Source: Eledone cirrhosa
Lineage: Eukaryota
DNA length: 64,000 nt
NCBI GenBank assembly: GCA_964016885.1
Contig: OZ024748.1
Span: 25,668,001 to 25,732,000, forward strand
Direction: 5' to 3'
The number at the start of each line of letters is the position of its first letter. The stretch's first letter is position 1. Below, in pieces: positions 39,304 through 53,234 of the stretch. The notes beneath the pieces were generated by a model. That model was not told where the DNA came from. It ran no database searches and worked only from the letters and a program-made list of their open reading frames with translations. A program made the position numbers and the translations under genes.

Positions 39304-39389
39304 CTGCATCTCTGGTGGACCCCCCTCATCTCGTATAAGAAGAAGATAGCTGTGAGCATCTAACATTACTTCTTTCTTGAATCTACCAC
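39304..39389 (-). CDS. AGAP1: AGAP1/AGAP3 (centaurin-gamma) coding exon, GTPase-like domain, 86 nt
   Basis: ttgcag|GT GGT AGA TTC ... ATG CAG|gtaaat; translates (G)[28 protein letters not shown], matching the AGAP motif [27 protein letters not shown]; phase 1 in, phase 0 out. AGAP1 versus AGAP3 orthology cannot be resolved here. Confidence 0.95.
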
Positions 39390-39412
39390 CTGCAATGATA
39401 ATTAGAAAAATA

Positions 39413-39933
39413 TGTATAAAGTATATTTCTTTATAAAATATATTTCTTGAGAAAGTACATTTCTTCATAAAGTATAATTCTTGATAAAGTATATTTCTTT
39501 ATGAAGTATATTTCTTTATAAAGTATATTTCTTTATAAAGTAAATTTCTTTATGAAGTATATTTCTTCATGAAGTATATTTCTTTATGAAGTATATTTCT
39601 TTATAAAGTATATTTCTTTATAAAGTATATTTCTTTATAAAGTATATTTCTTTATAAAGTAAATTTCTTTATGAAGTATATTTCTTCATGAAGTATATTT
39701 CTTTATGAAGTATATTTCTTTATAAAGTATATTTCTTTATAAAGTATATTTCTTTATAAAGTATATTTCTTTATAAAGTATATTTCTTCATGAAGTATAT
39801 TTCTTTATGAAGTATATTTCTTTATGAAGTATATTTCTTTATAAAGTATATTTCTTTATAAAGTATATTTCTTTATAAAGTATATTTCTTTATAAAGTAT
39901 ATTTCTTTATAAAGTATATTTCTTTATAAAGTA
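39413..39933. repeat. 17-bp quasi-palindromic minisatellite (~30 units)
   Basis: Unit aaagtatatttctttat with variants (gaag, cttcat); begins about 25 nt from the exon acceptor at 39390. Confidence 0.95.
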
Positions 39934-42900
39934 TTATATCAAATGTAATTATATAATACACTTTTATTGATGTTGGTCATTTGACAGCAGCCATGCTGGG
40001 GCACTGCCTTGACTTAGCCAATCATGTTGATCAAAAGTCTTAATTTTATAAAGTTTGGCAAACTACAAAATTACGAAACACAAGACAAAATGTAATGTAA
40101 TATAATGTAATGTAGTATGTGTGTGTGTGTGCGTGTGTGCACACACAAAGTCATGATGACACCTAATATAGTATTTATTTCAAAAAGTAAAGAGAAGAGA
40201 ATATGTAGAATTCAATATTAATTTAAACAGCAGAAACATAAAAGATGAACATTTTTAATTTGTTGATTATTAATGAGAAGATGGAGGTAGAGTTGTTGTT
40301 GATTATTACGCTGAGTAAAAAGAGACAGGGTCATTTTTGGATTTAAAAAATAAAGATGATATTTATGAAAACATATGAAAGACATATTTATATGATTATC
40401 TAGAAGAAAAACTATATATTTAGTACAGGACTTTGGAGATGTTTAAGCTTACACAGATAGAAATGGGGTGTAATGGTGTGTTTTAAATTTCCTTCTCTTC
40501 TCTTTTTAGGCATCTAAATTTGTCGCATGAAGGAATTTTAAAACTTTTCAGCAGGACATAATATATTCAGTTGAATATATTAATATGTCTTTATAAGGAC
40601 AGCTGAATAGTTCTATGAAAGCTTACTAACGACAGCTGAGTGGTTCTATGAGAGCTTATTATGTATTTACTAAAGACAGCTGAGTGATTCTATGAGAGAT
40701 TAAAATGGGTGGTTTTGTCTCGTAGAAACAAGGCCAGTTGTAAATGGATTGCTATCAAAAGGGTTAAACTTCATCTATATTTATTTATTAAATAATTAAA
40801 ATCCCATTTATGAATTTACTAAAAATCTATATAATTTATGAAAAAGAACAAAGATATTGTTATATTTTGAGATTTTTTAGAAAACAATGTCCTATATAAA
40901 GAAATATATACATACAAATATATACACATACACACATAATGTATGTACACATATATAATACATGCATGCTAATGTGTACACACACACACAGAATGCTAAA
41001 AATCTAACTAATATACATATTAGATGCCAGCATAGAAAGATGACATGATGATGATGATGACAAAGATTTCTGAAAGATAAACACTGATGATTTTAAATAG
41101 TGCATTGTAATATATCTTGAAGCATTCTAAAATTTTAAAGCAGAAATCTGTATTCAAGTGAGCAACATTCTTTCCTTTGTCGACTATATTTAGAGGCTAA
41201 TGTAAAAATATTTATGCATGAAATGAATAGAAAAATAAAATGAATTCCAAGCCCCAGAACAAAAAAAAAAAAAGTTTTGTTATCAAATAAGAATCTATAC
41301 TCCTTTTAAGAACTGCAAACAACTCAATATTTATGGCATTTCATTAAGTATAGCATACATTAGGGAACTTAGTCCTGATAGATGGATAACAGAATCTAAA
41401 AATATCACATTAAGTAGAAGATAGAGCAAGATCCAAAAAGCCTGCATTGCAAAAGAAAGAAGTTATGTATTTATATATATGACTTTCAGAGAAGCTCATA
41501 TTCAGCAAAGTCTACTTGTGGAAGAATGGTAATTAAATATAAAAAATAGATGCCGCAACTCAATATTAAAATATACAAAGAAAAATTAAACCTTTGAATA
41601 ATGAAATTTTGAATTATTAAATAGAAGGAAAGAAATAATAATAATAGTAATAATAATTTATTTTAAACAGAATTTTTATTTTAGGAACAACTGTTTATAG
41701 AGCTATAGAATTTATATTTAGAAACATCTCATTAAATAAATCAAGTCTATAGGTGTTGAATAGTCAGAAATAATTCTTAGTAGATAGAAGCCAAAACTTC
41801 CAAACATTGCTCTTTTATCTAAAATCTATTTAATTAAGTCAGGACTTCAATTATATTTCTTCCTCTAATCTATAATGTCTGCTATTCTAGTCCCTTCTTG
41901 AATAGCTTTGAGGTTAATACTGTTAACTTGATCTGTAAAAGGACACCTAATCTCTATTTACATTATTAGTATAAATAAATATAAAGCTTACTAAAGACAC
42001 CAAAACCATAATTCTCACTATTAAAATAGTTGTCACTCTATTCAATACAGAAAAAAATAAATGGACACCTATGTTCATAGAAAATAATCCTTTTAGAAAA
42101 AGAAGAGGTGAAAGAAAATATATTAAAAAAATATTTATCTTCCATATGTTGAAACCTAATATAAGAAGTTAGTATGTCATGTTTCAAATACTTCCCTTCT
42201 CTATATTATAAACATGCTGAAAATAGGAGGAAAACTAAGTGTTGCTTTTATATATATAGATTGGATTTTCCTTTTTTTTTTCTTTTCTTTTTTTTTTTTT
42301 TATAAAGAAAAAACTGCTAAAACAAAATTTTGTCTCCTTTAGCTCAACATCTGTACTTCATGATAACACATTAGTAAGATATTCTTTAAAAAAGTACAAA
42401 CTAACACTGTGGTTGCATCATATCAAAATTTAAAGTCTTTACTCTAATACTGCAGATTTTCACAATCTCCCCACTGTTGAAATATTATAAACATTTAAAT
42501 TAACAAACCCATTTTTAGATATTTTTATTTTCTGCTAAATCCTTAAACCAAACCCAGCCATCATAAAAATATACAAATTGGACAATGTAGTCCTTGATAT
42601 ATAAGACAGGATTGTCATGCCTGGAATACTTTTTACTATAGCGCTGCTCAATATACCAAGAATAAAATAAACTAAATTTGTGAAGGGAACTATGATTGCT
42701 AAATATATACAATGTTTATTTATAAAAAAAAAATAGAATAAAGGTCACAAAATAAGGTTACCAGAGTCTACTCTTAACAAATTTTCAAAACCTAGTCAGA
42801 ACTTAATCTGAGCTACTGATCTCTTACATACAGTTCCTTATTCTAAAGAGTGCACTGAGTATATTTTATGTGATACTGGCACTAGGAAAGAGTCCTCTCG

Positions 42901-43227
42901 ACCCTTTGTTTGATTAGTTTTCTGTGGCAGGATCCCTAACCACTTTACAGAGTGTACTGAGTGTTTTATATCACCAACACAAGAGAGACTGTCATTCCCT
43001 TAATACAGCTGAAGCGTCCTCTCAACCCTTTGTTTGACTAGTTTTCTGTGGCAGGATACCCTTCTTATCTCTAACTCCTTTACAGAGTGTACTGGGTGTG
43101 TTTTATCATATTTCCAATACTCGAGAGGCAGCCATGCCCTTAACGCAACTGAAGAGTCCTTCCAACCCTTTGTTTGACAAAAAAAAATGAGAAATAATTA
43201 TTTGATATGTCATTGCCTCAATATTAA

Positions 43228-43325
43228 TAATTGTTTCTACGTTAGGCACAAGGCCAGCAATTATTACCCAGTGCATTACTGGTACTTTATTTTATCGACC
43301 CCGTAAGGATGAAAGGCAAAGTTAA
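43228..43325 (-). mobile_element. SINE family 1, 5'-truncated
   Basis: ttgtttctacgttaggcacaaggcc...ggatgaaaggcaaagtt flanked by ttaataat on both sides. Confidence 0.85.
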
Positions 43326-46300
43326 TAATAATACATCTCAAACAAAATGTCAATATTCAACAAGAATTTAAAACATTTCAAATTTAATTAAGCTAAATCT
43401 GAAAAATAAATTCATAAATTACTCTCTATATGAATATTTTGTTTAACACAATAGAATCCTGTTAGTTTTATTATCAGGAAAATACAATTAAATTCTCTAT
43501 TCAGTAGAAGAGTATTTTCTATTTAATGGCAGTGGTTAATGCCACCTTGACTTATGTCATTAGACTTCTGTCCTAAAGTCAATTGAGATTGCTGATAGAG
43601 CCTGGAAAAGTGGATATATGATGGTGGTGGTGGTAGTGGTGGCGGCGGCAATGATGATGAAGAAGATGACAATAGTAATGATGTCGACAATAATGATGTT
43701 AATGATGATGGGGGGGGGGGGTGACAACGATGTTGGTGATAATAATGATGGTGATGATGATAATGTATAGCCTCTCTACATAATTTATATTTAAAAAAGA
43801 AAAGTAAAACAATGAAAGTGAACAAATAATGCACCCAAATCATGATCAATATTCTAATGAACAAAGTTAATAAAGTTAGATATAAAAATTAATAAGTAAG
43901 TTTCACTGGTTTAATTAATTCAATATATAAATTTGTTCCAAATTGCAAATTGATCTTTTACTAGTATACATATATTTATTTTTTTCACTTCTCAATTTGG
44001 AATTACTCCAGTGTGTATATGGAACTTTTGAATAAATTAGCAAACTAAAAATAATCAATATTCATTTTAGTATAGAATATCAATACTGCAGTGAATCCAA
44101 ACAGAATCCCAAAATGATAATATCTTGTGCAGAAAAAGCCATAAGTAATTCATCCAGTATTCCTTAATTTCAATTACAATACTTCAATGTGGTTCGTGGT
44201 ATCTACACAGTATTAAATAACAATAAGTTTAATAATAGCAATAATAATATGAATAATTTATTCAAATGCACCATCATTATCAAAGAACAGACATGTGTTT
44301 GAGAAAAATAGGGAAAAGACAGAGCAGTAAGAAAAATTGCAAAGAGAAAGAAAATCAATAGAAGATCAATAGAGGATCAATTGCATAACAAGTAAATAGG
44401 ACAGTCGCTGCAACAATGAATGATGAGAAGTATCTGTTATATTCTGTTACTGATTTCAGCTGGGGCACCGCCATCAGAGTTCAATATTAACAACTTGTAG
44501 AGTCATAGTGGAATGAAATGGACTTTTGTCAGTTTCAAGGATGAATGCTCCAGTTGTTTGATCAATGGAATAGTTTGCTTATGAAATTAACCTGTAAGTG
44601 GCTGAGCATATCACAGAGACGTGTACCCTTAACCTAGTTCTCAGTGAGATTTAGTGTGACAAGTAAACTTGTCATACCTGCACCAATATGCTACAAATGG
44701 TAAAACTATAGAAATCAAAATAAGAATGTCCATTAAATGTTTCTAGCCTTGATATACCCTATATTAAATTAATGAGGCTACTAAGCTAGGGAAACAGAAA
44801 CTCTTCTAAAATATCCTGCTAACAACCTGTATGACATTTTCAAACTACAAACTTGAAATTATCTTGTCTATTATCATTATGGGAGTTAATTATATTTCCT
44901 TTGTGTTAGAAAATAAACAGAATGCTTTCTGTGAGCATGTCAATTTCTTAAAAGAAAAAAATTTAAACACATTTACATCAAGTTAATAAACAAATGTTCT
45001 AAGTGCCAAGCTAATGCAGAAATCACCATCATCATTGTTGTCACAATTATTGTCATCATAATCATTGTTAATGTTTTTATGTCTGCATCGGAAAAGCTTG
45101 TAGAAATATGAAACAAAACTATAAAATGGCATCTCATCAAAAATTCATCTTTCTATTATTTCTGTTAACCTCAAATGTCTTTAGTTTTAACTATCTTATC
45201 AACAGCCTTCCAGAGCTGGAACTATCCAGGAAATCTTTAGTCTAAACTACTTTATCAAGCAGGAGGCTGGAAAACCAACTACAAAACTTATTTGTGACTT
45301 CTCATTAAGAGTTTACACCATTTAATATCTGGGAAACAAAATGAATATACATATTCCACATCTACTACTCTCATGATTTTTGTCGGGGTTTTGTGGAAGG
45401 TTTTTAAGCCTTTTGTTACCATATTTCTAATTTAAAGGCGCTGTCTATGGTTTTCAAATAATTTTTTAAATAATTAAGAATTTGGAAGGATTTAGTAAAC
45501 TAACTTTCTTATTATTAAGTTTGGAACATAAATAAAGAAAGGTTCTTACATAAAATTATGATGGACCATTTTTTAAATATGAACACTCCTTCATTGCCAT
45601 ATTTCTAATGAAAGGCATTGTCTATGATTTTCATATAATTTTGGAAATAATAAAAACAATTCTCATTATTCAGCTGTTTGGAATATAGACTTATAAAGTT
45701 TCTTACATAAAATTATTATGGAGCATTTTTAGATAAATATAAACACTTTAACCCTTTCATTGCCATATTTTTAATAAAAGACATTGCCTATGATTTTCAT
45801 ATGATTTTTAAAATAATGAAGCATTTGGAGGGATTTAGTAAAATAACTAACTTGCTGATATTTCTTGTCTAACATCACTATCCCTCCATATGTATTAACT
45901 CTTAACATCCTGTATCACATGAAACCAAACAAGAGATTCTAGAAAAGCACAAAACAGCACCATTATTATGTCACATTAAAAATCTAAGTCTTTACTACAA
46001 TACTACACATTTTCAAAATGATCAATCCACTAGTAAAGATACTACAAACATTTGTATTACAAACTTGTTTTTCGATATTTTCTGCTAGGTTACTACAGGA
46101 TGTTCCTGTTGGCCTTCCCTATTTAAATTTTTATTTTTACCTTTTTTTTTATATTCACTTATCTCTATCTTGTTTTGCCTTTTTTTAGTTTTTTTTTTTT
46201 TTTTCTTAACTGTAAAAAGGACGAGACACTTCCCTTAATCTGCCATAGCTTACTAGCTCTATGCAGACATTTAAATCTATAAAATAAATAAATATGAGTT

Positions 46301-47144
46301 ACAATATTGTCCTGTGTTTTGTCCAAAGAAAGACTGGATTCCTCTTCAAACTATTAATCTACTCTAATCAACAAATCTGTTAAAGTAGCAAATGATATTT
46401 AAACTGGGTTAGGATACATCAGCTGTGATAAAAAAACATTTGTGCACTGAGAATACCAAGCCTGCTTTAAATAGCTTTTCTGCACTGATTACATTATCTG
46501 TACAATGTACAACTTAATATTTTATCAGATACTGAACTAAGTCCTTTTTCTAGCTTTCTGTGAATGCTACCAATTTGAAATGGACCTCTGCCAGTTATTT
46601 GATCATGAAATTAATGTGTTAGTGACTGAGTATTCCATTCCACAGACATGTGTACCCTTCATGTAATTCTTAGGGAGATTCAGCAGGACACAGTACATAC
46701 GTCGTGACAAGGCTGACCTTTTTAATGACAGGTACAGTTTCCATCTAACAGGCTTCCAAACAGTTACCATCTACCAAATTTCACTGATAAAGCATGCGTT
46801 GACCCGAGGCTACAGTAAATGACACTTGCCCAAGATACTATGCTGTGGGATCCATCCTGGGATCTAATGATTACCAAGTGAATTCCTTAACCATTCAGTC
46901 ATGCTACATCTATATACTAACGTATTACTATTAATTCCCACATTAGTATTAATTAATTGCCAAATCGTTTAATTTTTAGAGAACACAGCACACAGAATTT
47001 CCTTTGAATACCTATGAAATTCCTCAGTCAATATCATCAACATCATTCACTTTACATCAGTTTTTCTAAGTAGATACCATTACATGTGTAAAACACAGCA
47101 TCTTTACACATGTCTCAAGTTTGTGTTACACATTTAGATGCCAA

Positions 47145-48135
47145 TCATCATCATTATCATACCTCTATTTCCCCTGCTAACATGGGTAGGAGGGGTTATC
47201 ATGATCTAAGATCAGATGGATTAGATAACCACATTATGCTTATAAGTTCCATATTTTAACATTGTTTCTATGGCTAAATGCCCTTCCTAATGCCAACCAC
47301 TATACAGAATTTATGGGGTGTTATTTACCATGGCGACAACGCTACCATTTTACAGAGTGGGCTAGATGCTTTTTATCATGGTCCCAGCACTACCATGCTA
47401 CAGAGTGGACTGAGTGCTATTTATCATGGCACCAGCACTACCACTTTAGAGTTTGAACTGAGGTCTATTTATCATGGCACCAGCACTACCACTTTAGAGT
47501 GTGAACTGAGGTCTATTTATCATGGCACCAGCACTACCACTTTAGAGTGTAAACTGAGGCCTATTTATCATGGCACCAGCACTACCACTTTACAGGGTGA
47601 ACTGAGGCCTATTTATCATGGCACCAGCACTACCACTTTAGAGGGTGAACTGAGGCCTATTTATCATGGCACCAGCACTACCACTTTAGAGGGTGAACTG
47701 AGGCCTATTTATCATGGCACCAGCACTACCACTTTAGAGGGTGAACTGAGGCCTATTTATCATGGCACCAGCACTACCACTTTAGAGTGTAAACTGAGGC
47801 CTATTTATCATGGCACCAGCACTACCACTTTAGAGTGTAAACTGAGGCCTATTTATCATGGCACCAGCACTACCACTTTAGAGGGTGAACTGAGGCCTAT
47901 TTATCATGGCACCAGCACTACCACTTTAGAGGGTGAACTGAGGCCTATTTATCATGGCACCAGCACTACCACTTTAGAGGGTGAACTGAGGCCTATTTAT
48001 CATGGCACCAGCACTACCACTTTAGAGTGTGAACTGAGGCGTTTTTATCATGGCACCAGCACTACCACTTTACAGAATGCTCTGAATGCTTTTCTTTTAT
48101 TGTGGGACCAGCACTTCCACTTTACTGAGTGAACT
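47145..48135 (-). repeat. (GAT)n-tailed RTE/SINE element carrying a 48-bp minisatellite (~16 units, about 47325-48110)
   Basis: Unit tttatcatggcaccagcactaccactttagag(g/t)gt(g/a)aactgaggccta, preceded by atgcccttcctaatgccaaccac and a (CAT)n tail; inverted relative to the 17560 array. Confidence 0.93.
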
Positions 48136-48499
48136 GGGCACAGAAACAAAAATACCATTGACAAAGTAACTGAGGTGACGAAGTATGACCTTCCAGGACA
48201 TAATCTATATATTTGATCACTTACTGTTTTCTTTGCAGTATTTCTAAAACCAACATTTCCAATGAGATACTAATCAACATACTAATAACATTTAATAGTT
48301 GATTTGTTTTGAAAAATAAAATGGGAGGAGGAGAAATGACTTCACACAAATAATTTTCATGAGTTTTCATGCCAATTAAATAATTTCGAACATAAAGAGT
48401 ATGTAATTAACAAATCGTTGTGTCATAAGAAGTATATGTTGACAACTTTTAATATATTGTTAGAGCTTTGATAATTCGCTGTCTGAGTGGCTAGAACAA

Positions 48500-48700
48500 A
48501 TAGTGGTGGTGATGGTGATGGCAGTGGCGGTGACTGTAGCAGTGGTGACAGTGATGGTGGTGACAGTGGTAGTGGTAGTGATAGTGGTGGTGGTGACAGT
48601 GGTGGTAGTGGCAGCAGTGGTGGTGGTGAATGTGGTAGTGGTGGTGAATGTGGCAGTGGTGACAGTGACTTTGGTGGTAGTGACAGTGGTGGTGGTAAGT
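48500..48700. repeat. Degenerate (GGT/AGT)n triplet repeat
   Basis: Low-complexity triplet tract; source of the Pro/Thr/Gly/Val-rich ORFs. Confidence 0.9.
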
Positions 48701-49101
48701 AGGATGAGATGGTGATATTGTGAAACAATTGTAATATAATCCATGTTAGATATACACACAGACACTGGGATATGTACAGAGACTGGAGATAGGATAAAAC
48801 ACATTATTTCTATTAATTACATACATTAAGTGATATTTACATGAAACAAATATAGTTGATAGTCATATGTAGCTGAGAAGGGGATATATATATATATATA
48901 TATAGATATATATAGATATATATATATATATATACTAGCAGAATGGCCCGGCGTTGCCACGGATTTCCTCTAGGGGTCTTATATATTTGATATATATTTA
49001 GCCTTATCGAGCCTTGTGAAATAAATACGTTTGTTTATATTTTGTTATTGTGTATGCAAAAATATCTGTACACGATAATATAATTATATATATATATATA
49101 T

Positions 49102-49318
49102 TTGATTCCAGTTCCTCAGAGAAATAACAACCCAACCAGGAGCTGGACATATCGGAGTATTGACGGAGTAAACCACTTCAACAACATGTGTACCTGTCTC
49201 TACCACACCAATTCGGACTGCCTGAAGAGGTCACAGCCAATGATGGCTGTCACCGAAATATATAGAGCAGTACATCTTTAATAAACAAAGCCAAATTTTA
49301 AATATTTGTCTTAATTAT

Positions 49319-49322
<4 letters not shown>
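49102..49322 (+). mobile_element. Penelope-like terminal-repeat fragment nested in (TA)n
   Basis: Hammerhead core followed by AATAAA (49280-49285), bounded by TA microsatellites on both sides. Confidence 0.62.
49217..49271 (+). ncRNA. Minimal type I hammerhead ribozyme motif
   Basis: actgc-CTGAAGA-ggtcacagcca(atga)tggctgtcacc-GAAA-tata-TA-gagcagt: intact core, 10-of-11 bp stem II, palindromic mini stem III, stem I with a 2-nt bulge. Confidence 0.68.
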
Positions 49323-49378
<56 letters not shown>

Positions 49379-50149
49379 ACAGATTAAAGTTTAAGCAAAG
49401 AATCACTGCTTTCACCCTTAACGGGATCTTCTGAAACTAAAAAAAATCAATCTGTGAACGCAGAAGTAAATATTTCGAAAAACGTTACACACACTATATA
49501 TATATATACACAGACTATATATACATATACACACAACACACTCACAGCGACGTCATAATGTCGTAATGCAGACAGATATTATAAGGGCGCAACGTTATAT
49601 CTATGTATCTATCTAAAAAGAAAGACTGAGAATTATAGAGAGAGATCGCTAAATCGCCTAATACGGTCCCTAGAGCATTGAAAATTTGAAATATGTTTTG
49701 CTCAAAACACTCACAGGACTATAAGTGTTACATGTGTAAAGTTTGAAAACAATCGGTTGGGTGGTTCTCGAATTTTAGAGAGCTGACAGACAGACATATA
49801 TATATATAGTTGATAAGGTTATATATAGCTGAGAGGGATATATATAGTTGATAGGGTTGTATATAGCTGAAAGGGACATTATATATGTGTCTAGAACTAG
49901 CTGTTGAAACAGCAAGGGCTTAGCTGTCAGACCTGACACTTTATGATATAACCATACTCTATTGCCCTAAGTATTGAGTACTATGTTGAGTGATGGCCTA
50001 ACCAGTTTCAAACTGAATCCATCCTGATTTATATATAATTCACTGTACAATAATGAAGAATATCAGACATTAACTACAGGATCTGACCAATTCTAACTAG
50101 ACGAGTGCTATTGTAAACTGTTGCAATATAGCCAAGAAAATTAAATCAA

Positions 50150-50465
50150 ATGGTATAAGGTGCCACTTTATCTTGGTTACCAAATAAGGTGCCACTTAAT
50201 ATCTGGGTTACCAAATAAGGTGCTATTATATCTTGGTTACCAAATAAGGTGCCACTTAATATCTGGTTTACCAAAAGATTACCGTGCCACATAAACTGGG
50301 TTACCAAATAAGAACGAAGATGATGATGATGATGATGATGATGATGCCACTTTATCTGGTTACCAAATAGGGTGCCACTTTAATCTGGGTTAGCAAATAA
50401 GGGGCCCATGCTGAATCTGAGTGTGCAAAAGATTGAGGTGCCACTTTATCTGGGTTACCAAATGA
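50150..50465. repeat. ~29-31 bp minisatellite interrupted by (GAT)n
   Basis: Repeated aaataaggtgccactt(a)atatctg(g)gttacc, about eight units. Confidence 0.85.
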
Positions 50466-51874
50466 TAATTTACTCCTGGTCAATCGTATGTACTCAAGCT
50501 ATAAATACATAAAACACATTTCAAAGTTGTTTTGCTTTTCTTTTTTTTTTGTGTGTTTTTTTTTTACAATTATTTATACAAATATTATTATTATAATAGT
50601 TCACAATTTCCTGTAGTTTGCATGTGGAGGATTCTTTCTCTCTCCTCTCTCTCTCTCTATATATATATATATTATATATCATCATCACTGTTTAACATCC
50701 ATTTTTCTACACACGCACACATCAGTTCACAATTTCCTGTGGACTGTGTACACATGAGTTACAACACATTCTCTCCCACACAAATAAATATTACAAACTG
50801 TATAAAAAATATATATATTGTTACGTTTAACCCTTTGCTTATAACATTCCAGATGAGAGAATTCAATGGACACCCTAAACAGACTCTTAATAAAAGTTAA
50901 ATGCAATAAATTCATGTAACTTCTACTATACATACATACACATACATTACATGCATACATACATTCTTTCATGTTTGCTGGAGAAACATAGATAAATTAT
51001 ATTTTTAGTAAGTATTATTTATTTTACCACCCACTTTTATTTCAAATGCATTAAACCAATCTCTTAAAGCACAACTTCCTTCTCTCTCTTTCTCACTACA
51101 AACCTTTAACTCAAAGTCCTGTACCAGACCAAACCACATTAGAAAGACAATCTTGAAAAGTACAAAAGAGCACTATGACTGCATTATATTAAGAATTAAA
51201 CACTTTACTTTAGTTTACTGAAATGTTCACAACCAATAGAAACATTTGAATTGACAAACACATTTTTTTTTTAATATTTTCGGTTAAAACATTACAGGAT
51301 GTTAAAAGTTAAAGCCAGACTAACTGCTTTGATCAAGTATTTCTTTGAAATTCAAAAAATATTATTTGGTGAAGAAAACAGATTTTGTTTCTGAATTCCA
51401 TAAATATATAATGAAGGATTCTTAAAAAGAATATGCAAGAAAGAAACAAAGGGCAAATTTGGTAATAAAGGGGGCAAACCCAAACTTTCTATGTTTGTTC
51501 TTCAAAATGTCATTAAATGTATATATTATGTAAAAGTTATTCCAAATAAAGAGTTTAGAAGATTTTCTTTTCATGCATCTCAACTCCAACTGACCAAAAA
51601 TGCAAATCTTATTTACAATGTGAAACAAATGTGTTTTCTTTTCTTTCTTTTTTTATGTTCTTTTATTATTTTACAGGCTGAAGTATCTCATTAAATACAC
51701 CATACTGACATCCTTCATGGATTCTCTCTCTGACTACAGCAAAGTCTGCAGCTAAGATTTGAAGTTCAGCTGCAATATCAACATTATACAAATAGAAAAG
51801 AAGAAAAAAAATGGTTGAGGAATGTAGAGGTTTTATCAGAAATATGCTGCTGACAGTTGTTGAGGAGAGAAGTC

Positions 51875-52370
51875 TGGTTTAAAGCTACCCCCAGCTGGAG
51901 ATGAGTGAAAAGTAACAAGATTATTAGTGCCAGCATAATATGGAGCTACAAAACACCTTTCGTCTAATATAAACAAATTGCATATTAGAAATTCCAGCAA
52001 TATAGTAAATAACTTAAATAAAATTTATATTTAAAATTAAAGAAAAAAGTATATTAAAAAATGAAATAAACACCTATAAAAGATTTTTTGAAAAATAAAT
52101 TGATAAATTTATGAACTCTTTTGATATTGAACTGCCTGGAATGGTTTAAAGTTACTCCCAGTTAAAGCTGAGGGAAAGGTAACAAGATTATTAGTGCCAG
52201 CATAAAAACATGAAGCTACCTTTCGTCTAATATAAACAGATTGCATATTAAAAATTCCAATAATATCATAAAACAACTTAAATATAATTTATTGAAAGAA
52301 AAAAGTATTTTCAAAATAAACATCTATAAAAGAATTTTTTTTTAATAAATTGATAAAGTTATAAACCTTT
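51875..52370. repeat. Diverged ~265-bp tandem duplication
   Basis: tggtttaaag.tac.ccc...gtaacaagattattagtgccagcataa...cctttcgtctaatataaaca.attgcatatta occurs twice. Confidence 0.8.
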
Positions 52371-52703
52371 TTGATACCAACCTGGCCCTGGATTTATGAT
52401 ACAAAACTACGTTTTAAAATGTTTATCCTTCTATTAAAACCTTCCATCATAAGTTTATTTTAGGAATTTTTCTTGAGTAATGTTCTAAATATCAGCTTAC
52501 TAATGAAAAACTTAGTTATTTTATTAAATTCTACCAAAATTTGGCTATTTTCAAAATTAACTGAAACAGGCAGTGTATTTCATTAAAAATACAGTAATGA
52601 AAGGGTTAAGGATGATAAAATGAGGAAAGCAGCAAAGTAAGCACTGAAACTAAGTATTGTGTGAATTTGGTATAGTTAAGAACTAAATTATTAGACACTA
52701 TTT

Positions 52704-52918
52704 TTAACCCTTTAGCATTTACATTACTCTATATATACTGTTGTATTTTCGCGGTAAAGGCTTTACCTCACATAATATTGAATCTATGAGATTTTTATAT
52801 TATATATTTTGAGAACAATACCTTAACATCAGTATGAGTGGACAGTTACAGCCAGTTTGAACAGAAAGAGGTGAGAGAATTCTGGCTGGCTACAGCTGGT
52901 TTAAATGTTAAAGGGTTA
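52704..52918. mobile_element. TTAA-type MITE family C
   Basis: ttaaccctttagcattt ... aaatgttaaagggtta inverted ends. Confidence 0.65.
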
Positions 52919-53234
52919 TAGTAAAAGGAAACTCAGGTGAATAAAAATGAATGAACTTGAAAAAAAAAAATGAAAAGTAAAGTAAAATAAAATGCTGACG
53001 TGAGAAAGGACCCTAAGAGAAATTATTAAAGATGTTTCAAACATGAAAGGAAAGTTAATCAATATGCTAATGAGATAGATTTAGTTAGCTGAAATAGAAG
53101 AATGGAGAGCAGGGTTAACTAGTTGCAGGCTAGAGCCAAACTGGGGTGGGGAGGGTTTACTAGTTACAGGGCTGCAAAGGTTATGTGAAATCTAGATCAA
53201 ACTAAACAATAGTGTTATCTGATGTTAGCCATCC

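Larger units (their letters stand above)
48935..49805 (-). mobile_element. Non-autonomous Helitron (Lep1-like architecture)
   Basis: Minus-strand 3' end ccgtggcaacgccgggccattctgCTAG|t (hairpin plus CTAG); 5' region (TA)n-gtctgtctgtc...aaccacccaaccgattgttttcaaacttt; the 5' TC is not resolvable in the TA run. Confidence 0.72.

Noticed and set aside
51630-51810. Acceptor-like polypyrimidine tracts on both strands around a short open segment
   Set aside because: Minus-strand candidate is 64 nt with no AGAP similarity; plus-strand frame stops within a few codons.
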